DNA of 64,000 nt from an uncultured Chloroflexia bacterium (GTDB taxonomy: Bacteria > Chloroflexota > Limnocylindria > Limnocylindrales > CSP1-4). The notes below the pieces were generated by a model. It was not told the origin of the DNA and searched no databases. It worked only from the letters and a program-made list of their open reading frames with translations. The number at the start of each line of letters is the position of its first letter. The stretch's first letter is position 1. Below are positions 19,012-29,510 of this stretch, piece by piece. The DNA lies in assembly GCA_963806175.1 (NCBI GenBank), contig CAWDXA010000011.1, positions 23,227 through 87,226 on the forward strand, read 5' to 3'. Made by a program: the position numbers and the translations under genes.

Positions 19012-20706
19012 CTATGGCCACGTGGGGAAGGTGATCCAGGTATCCGGCGAGACCGAACCGTAGAGGACCTGGATTTCGCCGGTGGCGGCGTCGTAGACGG
19101 TAATCGAGGCGCCGGACGACCCGGGGTTGCCGTCGGTGTCAAACCCCTGGGCGCCTGCCGCGTAGACGAACGTCCCGTCGGCGGACACGGCGAGCGACGT
19201 CAGCCTGGCGCGGGCGGGCCAATGACCGAGCGGCTCGAGCGTCCGCGCGTCGAAGGCCCAGACACCGGTCGATCGACCCGCCGTGCTGCCGTTGGGGAGC
19301 ATGCCCAGCGCGTACAGCCGCGTGCCGTCGGGCGAGGCCACCAGGCCAGGATCCACGCCGATCCCCACCGGGTTTCCGGTTGGCGGGAGACCGGGAAGCT
19401 GCGACGCCGGAACGACGTTCGTCACCACGATTCCGGTGTCGACGTCGATCCGGCCGATGGCATGCCGGACGGGATCCCAGATGAACAGGACCCGGGCGGC
19501 GCGGTCCAGCGACGTGACCATCGGGTAGTCGCGGCTGACGGGGAACCCGCTGAGAGGAAGGTCCTCGAGCCGTGTCCCGTCGGATGCGAACCGGCGGAGC
19601 CGGTATGTCGAATCGAGGATCCCGCCGGAGGTGCTGCTGCAGGTCTCGACGAGCAGGTCTCGATCGACGAACTCCGGGGGGGCCGAGATGCACCAGTCAT
19701 CGGTCGGCAGGCCGTCCGACTTGATCTCGATCGGACTGCCGGGCCGTCCGCCGCGAAGCGGCACCATCCACTCCCGGTCGTACGTGTTCCAGGCGCCCTT
19801 ACGGAGATCCACGTACCCGATCACGGCATGCAGCGTCCTGCCACCGGGCGCCGCAGCCAAGGCGTTCGTCCAGACGTAGATCCCGTCCGGCGTCGAATCC
19901 GAGGGTGCCTCGGCCGATCCGGACGGTGACGGGCCGGCGTCCGTGGGAGCGGCGGGGTCGACCGGCAGCCGGCCGAGCAGCGCGTGACCCAGGATCTTCC
20001 CGGTCTCGACGCTGACCGCATACACGTCAATCGACCACGACGGCGGCCGGCGGCTCGCGACGAGCACGTACAGCGTCGACCGATCGGCGCTCAAGGTGCT
20101 GGCCAGGTTGAACCCGCTCGTGATCTCCGGGACCGCCTCGACCCCCACGAGCGACAGCAGATCCCGCTGGACGATCACCCTTCCGGTCAGGTCGTAGCGC
20201 CCGAAGCGGACGGTCGGCGGCACGGGGGTCTCGCCGATCGGCACGCCGCTCAGCGAACAGGCACAGACGACCTGGTCGGCACCCACCGGCAGCATGTGGT
20301 CGTACAGGGGGCGCGTCGTCGGCTCGAGCGTGCCGGTAGCGAGGTCGAGCACCTGCACGCCGTTGGCGAAGACCAGCCGGCGCTCGTCCGGGATCCGCCC
20401 GCCGATCACCTCACGGGCGGGCAGGGGACTCGCCGCCGGCTCGGGCGACGGCGTGGGCGGCCGACTGACGGTCGCGGTTGCGCCGGCGGTGGCCCCGGCG
20501 GCCGGCCCCGTGGCGATGACCGCGATCGGGGGCGGGGTCCGGCCGTCGTCCAGGGCCCGCCCGAGGGCCAGCGCGGTGACCAGGAACCCGACCAGGACGA
20601 CCGCTACCACGCTGCCCGATCGACCGCGCCACCCGCGTGGACGGTCGACCACGGGCTGCAGTCGCAGCGGGACGACGACGTCCTCGTCCTCGATCGGGGT
20701 CGGCAC
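19012..20706 (-). CDS. membrane-anchored hypothetical protein with beta-propeller-like repeats
   Basis: 564 aa; N-terminal TM helix, Pro/Ala-rich linker, repeats of the YVTN type (LTSLAVSADGTFVYAAG, TRLYALG). Confidence 0.5.
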   Translation of the reverse strand: MPTPIEDEDVVVPLRLQPVVDRPRGWRGRSGSVVAVVLVGFLVTALALGRALDDGRTPPPIAVIATGPAAGATAGATATVSRPPTPSPEPAASPLPAREVIGGRIPDERRLVFANGVQVLDLATGTLEPTTRPLYDHMLPVGADQVVCACSLSGVPIGETPVPPTVRFGRYDLTGRVIVQRDLLSLVGVEAVPEITSGFNLASTLSADRSTLYVLVASRRPPSWSIDVYAVSVETGKILGHALLGRLPVDPAAPTDAGPSPSGSAEAPSDSTPDGIYVWTNALAAAPGGRTLHAVIGYVDLRKGAWNTYDREWMVPLRGGRPGSPIEIKSDGLPTDDWCISAPPEFVDRDLLVETCSSTSGGILDSTYRLRRFASDGTRLEDLPLSGFPVSRDYPMVTSLDRAARVLFIWDPVRHAIGRIDVDTGIVVTNVVPASQLPGLPPTGNPVGIGVDPGLVASPDGTRLYALGMLPNGSTAGRSTGVWAFDARTLEPLGHWPARARLTSLAVSADGTFVYAAGAQGFDTDGNPGSSGASITVYDAATGEIQVLYGSVSPDTWITFPTWP

Positions 20707-20746
20707 GCGTCGATTAGACCACGCAGGCGAGAGGAGGACCGGGCGG

Positions 20747-21784
20747 TCATCGGCCCGGTGGCGCGGTGCTCTCCCGGACGATGAGCTCGGTCGCCAGCTC
20801 CACGCGCGTCTGTGACGGATGCTCGCCGTTGGCCAGTCGCAGGGCGAGCCGGGCGCCGGCCACGGCCATCTGGACGAGCGGCTGGCGGATGGTGGTCAGC
20901 GGCGGGCTCACCCACGTGGCGACCGGCAGGTCGTCGAAGCCGATCACGCTGAGGTCCTCGGGGATGTGCAGGCGTGCCTCGCGGGCGGCCTGGTAGACGC
21001 CGAGCGCCTGGAGGTCGTTGCCGGCGAAGATCGCCGTCGGTCGGTCCGGCAGCCGAAGGAGCGCGCGGCCCTCGGCCACCCCGTCCTGCACGTGGAACTT
21101 GCCGAACCGGATCAGGCCCGGGTCGATCGGGACCTCAGCCTCGTCCATGGCCGCGCGATAGCCATCCAGCCGGGCGCGGCTGCACAGCACGCTTTCCGGT
21201 CCTGCCACGACGCCGATCCGTCGGTGGCCGAGGCCGAGCAGGTGGCGCGTCGCGGCGAGGCCGCCGCTCCAGTTCGTCGCGCCGATCGACGGCGTGTCGT
21301 GGAGCGGCTCGCCGGTCGGGTCGACCACGACGAGCGAGATGCCCCGCGAGTTGAGCAGTGCGCGCTGACCTTCGCTCAGGTCGGACAGGACGGCGATGAC
21401 CCCGGTCGGGCGGCGGGCGAGGACGCCTTCGATCCAGCTCCGGCCCGGCGTGCGGCGACCCTGCATCTCGGACAGGACGACCGCCATGTCGTGCTCGCGC
21501 GCGACCTGCTCGACGCCCATGATGATCTCGAGCGCCCAGTCGCTCTCGAGCTCGTGGAAGATCACCTCGAGCAGGGGAGCCGGGCGGACCGACTTGCGCG
21601 ACCGCTCGTAGCCGTGTTCCCGGATGACCGCCTCGACGCGCTGTCTCGTCTCGGGCGAGACGTCGGACCGGCCGTTGATCACTTTCGACACCGTGGGCGC
21701 CGAGACCCCGGCGGCCTCGGCGATCCGGGCGATCGTCGATTGCCGGCGAACGCCCTTGCGCGGTGCGATCGGAGTCGAGGTCAT
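20747..21784 (-). CDS. LacI-family transcriptional regulator
   Basis: 345 aa; N-terminal HTH IARIAEAAGVSAPTVSKVINGR, periplasmic-binding-like sugar sensor domain. Confidence 0.9.
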   Translation of the reverse strand: MTSTPIAPRKGVRRQSTIARIAEAAGVSAPTVSKVINGRSDVSPETRQRVEAVIREHGYERSRKSVRPAPLLEVIFHELESDWALEIIMGVEQVAREHDMAVVLSEMQGRRTPGRSWIEGVLARRPTGVIAVLSDLSEGQRALLNSRGISLVVVDPTGEPLHDTPSIGATNWSGGLAATRHLLGLGHRRIGVVAGPESVLCSRARLDGYRAAMDEAEVPIDPGLIRFGKFHVQDGVAEGRALLRLPDRPTAIFAGNDLQALGVYQAAREARLHIPEDLSVIGFDDLPVATWVSPPLTTIRQPLVQMAVAGARLALRLANGEHPSQTRVELATELIVRESTAPPGR

Positions 21785-21797
21785 GGGCGCAGTGTAT

Positions 21798-21816
21798 CGA
21801 AACTTTCGAAGTTTCG
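21798..21816. promoter_or_regulatory. LacI-type operator candidate: palindrome CGAAACTTTCGAAGTTTCG; second CGAAACTTTCG copy at 21941-21951
   Basis: Palindromes read directly in the 500-bp intergenic region between divergent LacI and sugar-SBP genes. Confidence 0.4.
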
Positions 21817-22281
21817 TGACGTCGATTCCGCCGGCCGTGAGGTGGCGTACAGGAGTTGTCGATCGGGTCCAGGTTCGTGTCTTGACGGCGCCGAAGATGA
21901 TGCGTAGAGTCCGATTCTCGAAAGCGATCGGTCATCAGAGCGAAACTTTCGGGATGAGCGAGGTCGACACGGACCCGCCTGGTCCGGCCGGCTTCTGGCG
22001 GTAGAGCGATGATCGGTGCGCCTGCACGTCAGTTTCCTGGAGGCGATCTCGTCCCGTTCGGTGCCTCCTCCACTCAACGGGACGAGGTCGTCCCTGTCTT
22101 CGAGACGCTCGCGGCAGTGGGCACCGATCACGTCTCGCGTCACGGCCGATCGGCGACCCCCTGCCGCCGGACGGACCGCCATCGTGCATTCGAGCCGTAG
22201 GAGGAGCAGCTGGAGGAGGCGCGGCGCGTCACGAACGATCGAGATCCACGTGGAGGAGCGAGGAATGACAGGAGGTCAGCA

Positions 22282-23635
22282 GTGACAAAGCGTTACCGGA
22301 GCCTTGGCGTCTTGGGCGTCATGGCGTTCGTGTTCAGTGCCTGCACTGGCGGAGGCGCGACGACCGCGCCGTCCGTGGCCGCACCATCCGAGGCGGCCCC
22401 GTCGGTCGCGGCGAGCGAGGCTCCAAGCGAGGCCCCGTCGCAGGCCGCGGCCCCGGTCACCATCGAGTGGTGGCACATCTCCAAGGACGATCCGGGCAAG
22501 ACCCTGTTCAAGGGCATCGCGGACGCCTACATGGCCGCTCACCCGAACGTCACCATCAACATCACCGTCCTCGAGAACGAGGCATTCAAGACCAAGCTCA
22601 CCACCCAGATGCAGTCCGGCACCCCGCCCGACCTGTTCCAGTCGTGGGGCGGCGGCACGATGGCCGCGCAGGCCGACGCCGGGATGCTCAAGGACATCAC
22701 CGCCGATGTCGCGTCGTGGAAGGACACGATCAACGCCGGCGCGATGAGCATCTACGCGTACAACGGCAAGCAGTACGGCGTCCCGTGGGACATGGGCATG
22801 ATCGGCTTCTGGTACAACAAGAAGCTGTTCAGCGACGCCGGGATCAGCGCTCCGCCGGCGACCTGGGACGAGCTTCTCACCGACATGGGCAAGCTCAAGG
22901 CCCTCGGCGTGGCCCCGCTGGCCATCGCCGGCAAGGACATGTGGCCCTCGATGCACCTGTGGACGTATCTCCTCCTCCGCATCGGTGGATCGGACGTGCT
23001 CCAGCAGATGATCCAGAGCGGGGACTGGAACACCGACGCCTGCAAGGCGGCCGGGGACGCGGTCCTCAAGCTCAATGACCTCAAGCCATACCAGGACGGC
23101 TACAAGAGCGCGACCTACGACAACGAGGCCGCCGCGGTCGGCAACGGCAAGGCCGCCATGGAGCTGATGGGCCAGTGGGCGCCGGGCGTCCAGGTCGCCG
23201 ACAGCACCAGCAAGAAGGGCCTCGGCACAGACCTCGGCTGGTTCCCGTTCCCGGCAGTGACCGGCGGCGCCGGCGCGGCCACGGACGGCGTGGGCGGCGG
23301 CAACGGGATTGCCGTCGGCAAGAACGCGCCGCCCGAGGCGGTCGATTTCCTCAAGTTCTTCAGCAGCGTCGAGAACGCCAGCTCGCTCAACAGCTCGACG
23401 CCCGCCGACCGCACTGTCGCCGGTCATCGGCACGGATAGCACGGTCACCGACCCGAACCTGCAGGCCGTCCTGGCCGGACGGAATGCGGCCACCTTCATC
23501 CAGCTCTATCTCGACCAGGCAACCTCGCCGGCCATGGGCACGGCGATCAACGAGGCCACGGTTGCGCTGTTCCTCGGCCAGTCCACGCCCGAGAAGGTGT
23601 GCCAGGCCATCACGGACGCTGCCGCCACGCAGTAA
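22282..23635 (+). CDS. ABC transporter substrate-binding protein (family 1, oligosaccharide), apparent 1-bp frameshift near 23388
   Basis: Lipoprotein signal (VMAFVFSAC), SBP_bac_1-like body; C-terminal segment ..LSPVIGTDSTVTDPNLQAVLAGRNAATFIQLYLDQ.. continues in ORF 23309..23635 frame. Confidence 0.8.
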
Positions 23636-23731
23636 CGCACGGCGTCTCCACGCCACCGCCACCATGGCGACAATGAGCGGGCCGGCTCACGCCGGCCCGC
23701 TCGATTTCAGTCACGGAGCCAAAGGACGCAC

Positions 23732-24676
23732 ATGACCACGACGAGCGCGATCGGCGCCCGACGCTCGGGGGCCAGTGCGAGGCTGCGGGCAAAGTGGTTG
23801 ACCATCGTCCTGTTCCTGCTGCCCGCCCTTGCGCTGTACATCGTGTTCGTCCTGTTCCCCATCGTGCAGGCGGCGCACTACAGCCTCTTCAAATGGAACG
23901 GGCTGCAGCCCCTGACCGACTTCATCGGCCTGAAGAACTACCAGGTCGCCCTGAGCAACCACGCGTTCACCTCGGCGGTCGGCAACAACGTCCTGATCGT
24001 GGTGCTCTCGCTGGCGATCCAGATCCCGTTCTCGTTGTCGCTTGCCGTCCTGCTCAATCGGCGCTTTCCCGGCAGGGCCATCTTCCGGCTGATCTTCTTC
24101 CTGCCGTACGTCCTGTCGGAGGCCATCACCGGCATCGTCTTCAGCCTGATGCTCCGACCGGAAGGGATCGTGGACGCGACGCTGAACGGCACAGGGCTCG
24201 GCGGCATCGTGCAGGACTGGCTGGGGGACGGCAGCATCGTGATGCTGACGCTGTTCGTCATCATCTCGTGGAAGTATTTCGGCTTCCACATGATCATCCT
24301 GCTGGCCGGGCTCCAGGGGATCCCCCACGAGATCGAGGAGGCGGCCCTCATCGACGGCGCCGGCCGCTGGCAGGCGTTCCGGCACATCTCCCTGCCGTTG
24401 CTGGGTCCGACGCTGCGGGTGTCCGTGTTCCTGTCGATGATCGGCGCGCTCCAGCTGTTCGACGTGATCTGGGTGATGACCAAGGGCGGCCCGGTCGGCG
24501 CCTCGAACACGATGGCGATCCAGATGTTCAAGAGCGGCTTCACCAGCCAGCAGATGGGCTACGGCAGCGCGCTGGCCGTGATCCTGTTCATCTGCGCGCT
24601 CGTACTCGCCCTGGCCTACCAGCGGTTCGTGCTCCGGCGGGACGTCGAGGGCGCGATCACGAGCTTCAACGGGTAG
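23732..24676 (+). CDS. carbohydrate ABC transporter permease (MalF/UgpA-like)
   Basis: 314 aa; 6 TM; EAA-like motif EAALIDGAGRWQAFRHISLPLL. Confidence 0.85.
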   Translation: MTTTSAIGARRSGASARLRAKWLTIVLFLLPALALYIVFVLFPIVQAAHYSLFKWNGLQPLTDFIGLKNYQVALSNHAFTSAVGNNVLIVVLSLAIQIPFSLSLAVLLNRRFPGRAIFRLIFFLPYVLSEAITGIVFSLMLRPEGIVDATLNGTGLGGIVQDWLGDGSIVMLTLFVIISWKYFGFHMIILLAGLQGIPHEIEEAALIDGAGRWQAFRHISLPLLGPTLRVSVFLSMIGALQLFDVIWVMTKGGPVGASNTMAIQMFKSGFTSQQMGYGSALAVILFICALVLALAYQRFVLRRDVEGAITSFNG

Positions 24677-24680
24677 CGCG

Positions 24681-25586
24681 ATGGCGACGACGACCTCGAG
24701 CGATTCGAGCGTGACGACCGTGTCGGTCGACGGCCGCCGGATGCGTCTCGCCGGGATCGGGGTGTTCACCCTGGTCGGCTACGTGATCCTGGTCCTCGTC
24801 GCGGGACTGATCCTCATCCCGATCGTGTTCGCCGTCCTCGGCGGCTTCAAGGACAACGGCCAGCTCGTCGGCGACCCCGGCGCGCTCATCCCGAACCCGT
24901 GGGTGCTGTCGAACTACACCGACGTGCTGTTCGGACCCAATAGCGGCGTGTTCTGGCGTGAGGTCCTCAACAGCACGATCGTGGCCGTGATCGCCGTGAC
25001 CGCGACCGTCGTCCCGGCCTCGCTCGCCGCGTTCGCGCTCTCGCGGATCGCGTTCCGCGGGCGCGAGGCGATGTACACGCTGTTCACCTTCGGACTGCTG
25101 TTCCCGTCCGCGGTGGCGATCCTGCCGCTGTACATCCTGGTCCGCGATCTCGGCCTGTCGGGCAACTTCCTCGGCGTGGCGCTTCCCGAGGCGGCCTTCG
25201 GGCTACCGCTGACGATCATCATCCTGCGGCCATTCTTCCGGAGCATCCCGGTCGAGCTCGAGGATGCGGCGAAGATGGACGGCTGCACGACGTTCGGGTT
25301 CTTCTGGCGCGTGCTGCTGCCACTGGCGCGCCCGGCCATCGCCACGGTCAGCGTCCTGGCCATCGTGACCACCTGGAACGCCTTCCTGCTGCCCCTGATC
25401 CTGCTCAACGGCGAGGACCAGTGGACGCTGCCGCTCGGGGTGATGAACTTCTCCGGGCAGTACACCTCGGATCAGGCCCGCATCCTCGCGTTCACCGTCC
25501 TCGCGATCGTGCCGGCGATCCTCTTCTACGCCGTTGCGGAGCGGCAGATCGTCCGCGGGTTGACAGCCGGATCGGTGAAGGGTTGA
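24681..25586 (+). CDS. carbohydrate ABC transporter permease (MalG/UgpE-like)
   Basis: 301 aa; EAA-like motif EDAAKMDGCTTFGFFWRVLLPLARPA. Confidence 0.85.
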   Translation: MATTTSSDSSVTTVSVDGRRMRLAGIGVFTLVGYVILVLVAGLILIPIVFAVLGGFKDNGQLVGDPGALIPNPWVLSNYTDVLFGPNSGVFWREVLNSTIVAVIAVTATVVPASLAAFALSRIAFRGREAMYTLFTFGLLFPSAVAILPLYILVRDLGLSGNFLGVALPEAAFGLPLTIIILRPFFRSIPVELEDAAKMDGCTTFGFFWRVLLPLARPAIATVSVLAIVTTWNAFLLPLILLNGEDQWTLPLGVMNFSGQYTSDQARILAFTVLAIVPAILFYAVAERQIVRGLTAGSVKG

Positions 25587-27946
25587 TGACGACCATACAG
25601 GCGCCCTACCGCGACGCGACCTTGCCCATCGAGCAGCGAGTCGCAGACCTCCTCGCGCGAATGACGATCGAGGAGAAGATCGCCCAGCTCGGATCCGTCT
25701 GGTCGTTCGAGATCGTCGGGATCGGGACCCTGAACCGGGACAACGCGATGCGCCTGGTCGGCAACGGCATCGGCCAGATCACGCGCCTGGCCGGGGCGAC
25801 GAACCTCGGCGCCTGCGATGTCGCGGCGCTCGCCAACGAGGTCCAGCGGTTCCTGGTCGAGGAGACCCGCCTCGGGGTCCCGGCGATCATTCACGAGGAA
25901 TCGCTCCACGGCCTGGTATCCCGCGACGCTCCGTGTTTCCAGCAGTCGATCGGCGCGGCGGCCTCCTGGGAACCCGGGCTCGTCGAGCGGATGGCATCCA
26001 CCCTGCGCCGCCGGATGCTCGCGACAGGTGCGCGCCAGTCACTCGCGCCCGTCCTGGACGTGACCCGCGACCCGCGTTGGGGGAGGATCGAGGAGACGTA
26101 CGGAGAGGACCCGTACCTGGCCGCCGAGCTGGGCTGCGCCTACGTCCGGGGGATCCAGGGCGACCGCCTGTCCGACGGCGTGATCGCGACCGCCAAGCAC
26201 ATGGTCGGCCACGGGCTCGCCGAGGGCGGCCTGAACCAGGCGCCGGTGCATCTCGGCCCGCGGGAGATGCGCGACGAGCAGCTCTTTCCGTTCGAGGCGG
26301 CAGTCCGGGAGGCCGGGGTCGCCAGCATCATGCCGGCCTACTGCGACGTCGACGGCGTTCCGTGCCATGCCTCGCACGAGCTGCTCACGGGGATCCTGCG
26401 CGACGAATGGGGCTTCGACGGGATCGTGGCCTCGGATTACGTCGGGCTCCAGATGCTCTCGACGCAGCACAGACTCACGAATGATCCGGCCGTGGCCGCG
26501 GCGCTCGGGCTGCGCGCCGGCGTCGACGCCGAGCTGCCCGGCACGGTCGTCTATGGCGAGCCCCTGCTGCGCGCGCTGGCCGACGGGCTCGTCGACGAGG
26601 CGCTCATCGACGCCACCGTCGAGCGAGTGCTGCGCATGAAGTTCCGGCTCGGCCTGTTCGAGCAGCCGTTCATCGAGCCGCCGTCGGCGGAGCTCCTGGC
26701 GGCACTCGCCGAGGAAGAGGCCCGGGTCGCGCGCGAGCTGGCGGTCCGCTCGCTGGTGCTGGTCGAGAACGACGGGGTCCTGCCGCTTCGGAGCGACGTC
26801 GCCAGCGTGGCCGTCATCGGCCCGATCGCGGCCAGCGCCCGGGAGCTGCTCGGCGACTATGCCCACCTGCTCCACATCGAGACGCTCCTGGAGATGCGCC
26901 ACAACGGCAACGCGTTCGGCTTTCCGCTCACCGACGAGATCGTGCCGGCCGACGAGCTCGCCGGACGCAGCACGATCCTCGACGCGATCGGCGCCCGCCT
27001 GCCGGGCGCGGACGTCCAGCACGCCCGGGGCACCGGTATCCACGACGGGACGGACGCGGAGATCGCCGAGGCGGTCGAGCTGGCCCGGACCTCGGACGTC
27101 GCGATCCTCGTCCTGGGAGAACGATCGGGCCTGACCGACAATGCGACGACCGGTGAGTTCCGCGATCGGCTCGACCTGGGGTTCATGGGCCGCCAGCAGG
27201 AACTGCTGGAAGCCGTCGTCGCGACCGGGACCCCGGTCGTGCTCGTGGTCGTCAGCGGTCGTCCGCTCTCGATCGAATGGGCCGCGCAGCACTGTGCGGC
27301 GGTCCTGCTCACCTGGGTGCCCGGGGAGGCCGGTCCCGAAGCCATCGTGGCAGCCCTCGTCGGCGACGAGAATCCCGGCGGCAAGCTTCCGATCTCGGTG
27401 CCCCGGCAGGTGGGCCAGGTGCCGGTTTCCTATCGGCATCACCCGACCGGCGGCCGGTCGAACCCCAAGGGCGACTACGTGGACGGGCTCACCCGGCCGC
27501 TGTGGCCGTTCGGGTTCGGACGGTCGTACACGTCGTTCGAGCTGTCGGACCTTCGGCTCGAAAGGACGGACGTGCCGACGAACGGCGGGGAGCTCACCAT
27601 TTCGGCCGAGGTGACCAACACCGGCGACCGTTCCGGCGACGAGGTCGTCCAGCTCTACGTCCGCGACCCCGAGGCGACGGTCGCCCGCCCCGTCCTGGAG
27701 CTGCGCGGGTTCCGGCGGATCGGCCTCGCGCCCGGCGAGTGCCGGCGCGTCTCATTCCGGCTGTCGGCGGAGCAGTTCGCCTATGTCGGTGCGGACTACG
27801 AACGCGTGATCGAGCCGGGCGTCATCAAGGTGTTCGTCGGCACCTCGTCCGACGACCTGCCGCTGGCGGGCCAGTTCGAACTCGTCGGGCCGACCGTCAA
27901 GCTGCGCCAACGGCATCGTTACCTGACCGAGACCACGCTTGGCTGA
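25586..27946 (+). CDS. glycoside hydrolase family 3 (beta-glucosidase/beta-xylosidase, BglX-like)
   Basis: Start ATG overlaps upstream stop (ATGA at 25584-25588): MTTIQAPYRDATLPIEQRVADLLARMTIEEKIAQL; GH3 N- and C-domains plus fibronectin-like C-terminal domain; 786 aa. Confidence 0.85.
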   Translation: MTTIQAPYRDATLPIEQRVADLLARMTIEEKIAQLGSVWSFEIVGIGTLNRDNAMRLVGNGIGQITRLAGATNLGACDVAALANEVQRFLVEETRLGVPAIIHEESLHGLVSRDAPCFQQSIGAAASWEPGLVERMASTLRRRMLATGARQSLAPVLDVTRDPRWGRIEETYGEDPYLAAELGCAYVRGIQGDRLSDGVIATAKHMVGHGLAEGGLNQAPVHLGPREMRDEQLFPFEAAVREAGVASIMPAYCDVDGVPCHASHELLTGILRDEWGFDGIVASDYVGLQMLSTQHRLTNDPAVAAALGLRAGVDAELPGTVVYGEPLLRALADGLVDEALIDATVERVLRMKFRLGLFEQPFIEPPSAELLAALAEEEARVARELAVRSLVLVENDGVLPLRSDVASVAVIGPIAASARELLGDYAHLLHIETLLEMRHNGNAFGFPLTDEIVPADELAGRSTILDAIGARLPGADVQHARGTGIHDGTDAEIAEAVELARTSDVAILVLGERSGLTDNATTGEFRDRLDLGFMGRQQELLEAVVATGTPVVLVVVSGRPLSIEWAAQHCAAVLLTWVPGEAGPEAIVAALVGDENPGGKLPISVPRQVGQVPVSYRHHPTGGRSNPKGDYVDGLTRPLWPFGFGRSYTSFELSDLRLERTDVPTNGGELTISAEVTNTGDRSGDEVVQLYVRDPEATVARPVLELRGFRRIGLAPGECRRVSFRLSAEQFAYVGADYERVIEPGVIKVFVGTSSDDLPLAGQFELVGPTVKLRQRHRYLTETTLG

Positions 27947-29480
27947 CGCCCGCGCCACCGTCGATCCGGCCGAGGCCATCGGCGCGGTCGACGAGCGGAT
28001 CTTCGGGTCGTTCGTGGAGCACATGGGTCGCGCGGTCTACGGCGGCCTCTACGAGCCGGGCCATCCGACCGCCGACGCGGTAGGCTGGCGCCGCGACGTC
28101 CTTGCGCTCGTGCGCGAGCTGGGCGTGACGATCGTGCGCTATCCGGGTGGCAACTTCGTGTCCGGATACGACTGGCAGGACGGGATCGGGCCGCGCGCTG
28201 GCCGGCCCGTGCGACAGGACCGGGCGTGGCGGTCGATCGAGCCGAACACCGTCGGAACCGACGACTTCCTGGCCTGGACCCGGCTGGCGGGCGTGGCGCC
28301 GATGCTCGCCGTCAACCTCGGAACGCGGGGCGCTGCCGAGGCAGGCAACCTGGTCGAGTACTGCAACGGGCCGGCCGGTTCACGCTACGCGGACCTGCGG
28401 GCGTCGAACGGCCACGTCGAGCCGTACGGTGTCCGGACCTGGTGCCTGGGCAACGAGATGGACGGGCCGTGGCAGATCGGTCACACCACGGCCGAGGATT
28501 ACGGCCGGCGCGCCGCCGACGCCGGCCGGGCCATGCGCCAGGTCGACCCGTCGATCGAGCTCGTGGTCTGCGGCAGCTCCGGATCGAAGATGCCGACGTT
28601 CGGTGCCTGGGAGGAGACCGTCCTCGACATCTGCTGGGACGTCGCCGACCTCGTCTCGCTCCATGCCTACTACGACCCCGCCGCGTATGGCTCGGTCGAC
28701 GACTTCCTCGCCTGCTCGATCGACCTGGAGCGGATGATCGAGCGAGTCGCGACCATCGGCGACGACGTCGCCGCCCGGAAGGGGAGTGGCAGGCGGATCG
28801 GCCTGTCGGTCGACGAATGGAACGTGTGGCATTTCGCCGAGCACGAGGCCCGGGAACGCGAGCGGGCCGACGGCTTCCGCCGGGCGCCCGCGCTGGCCGA
28901 GGACGAGCAGGACCTGGCCGATGCCCTGGCGATCGGCTGTCTGCTGATCACGCTGCTGCGGCACGCCGATCGTGTCCGCATCGCCTGCCTGGCCCAGCTG
29001 GTCAACGTGATCGCCCCGATCCGGACGATCGACGGGGGACCAGCGTGGCGCCAGACCTCGTTCCACGTGTTCTCGGACGTGGCGCGCTACGGTCGCGGGA
29101 CGGCCTTGCGCCTCGAGCTCGACGGACCGGTCTACGACGTGCACGGCACGGGCGCCGTCCCGGCCATCGATGGCGTGGCCGTCCACGACGATGCGGCCGG
29201 GTCGCTGGCGATCTTCGCGGTGAACCGAGCCGACCGGCCGCTCGAGCTCGACGCATCCATCCGCGGATTCGAGGCCCCGACGCTCGTCGAGCACCGGGTC
29301 CTGGCCCATCCGGAGATCCACGCGACGAATACGGCGCTCCACCCCGACCGCGTCGTGCCCGCCCGCCTGCCCGGCGCCGTCATGGCGGCGGGCCGGCTGA
29401 CCGCGAACCTGCCGGCGCGGTCATGGAACGTGATTCGACTGTCACGGGATTCGTCCGCCAGGCCATTGACGAGCGGTTGA
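27939..29480 (+). CDS. abfA: alpha-L-arabinofuranosidase (GH51)
   Basis: 513 aa; GH51 hallmarks RYPGGNFVSGYDWQDGIGP and catalytic WCLGNEMDGPWQIGH. Confidence 0.8.
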   Translation: MADARATVDPAEAIGAVDERIFGSFVEHMGRAVYGGLYEPGHPTADAVGWRRDVLALVRELGVTIVRYPGGNFVSGYDWQDGIGPRAGRPVRQDRAWRSIEPNTVGTDDFLAWTRLAGVAPMLAVNLGTRGAAEAGNLVEYCNGPAGSRYADLRASNGHVEPYGVRTWCLGNEMDGPWQIGHTTAEDYGRRAADAGRAMRQVDPSIELVVCGSSGSKMPTFGAWEETVLDICWDVADLVSLHAYYDPAAYGSVDDFLACSIDLERMIERVATIGDDVAARKGSGRRIGLSVDEWNVWHFAEHEARERERADGFRRAPALAEDEQDLADALAIGCLLITLLRHADRVRIACLAQLVNVIAPIRTIDGGPAWRQTSFHVFSDVARYGRGTALRLELDGPVYDVHGTGAVPAIDGVAVHDDAAGSLAIFAVNRADRPLELDASIRGFEAPTLVEHRVLAHPEIHATNTALHPDRVVPARLPGAVMAAGRLTANLPARSWNVIRLSRDSSARPLTSG

Positions 29481-29510
29481 CGAACCGGTCGTCCGGTCAC
29501 GATGCTTCGG

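Noticed and set aside
22276-29342. Series of long minus-strand ORFs (22276..23499, 23711..24769, 26039..27442, 28380..29342)
   Set aside because: All antisense to strongly supported plus-strand sugar ABC/GH3/GH51 genes; translations are Arg/Asp/Gly-rich without family signatures.
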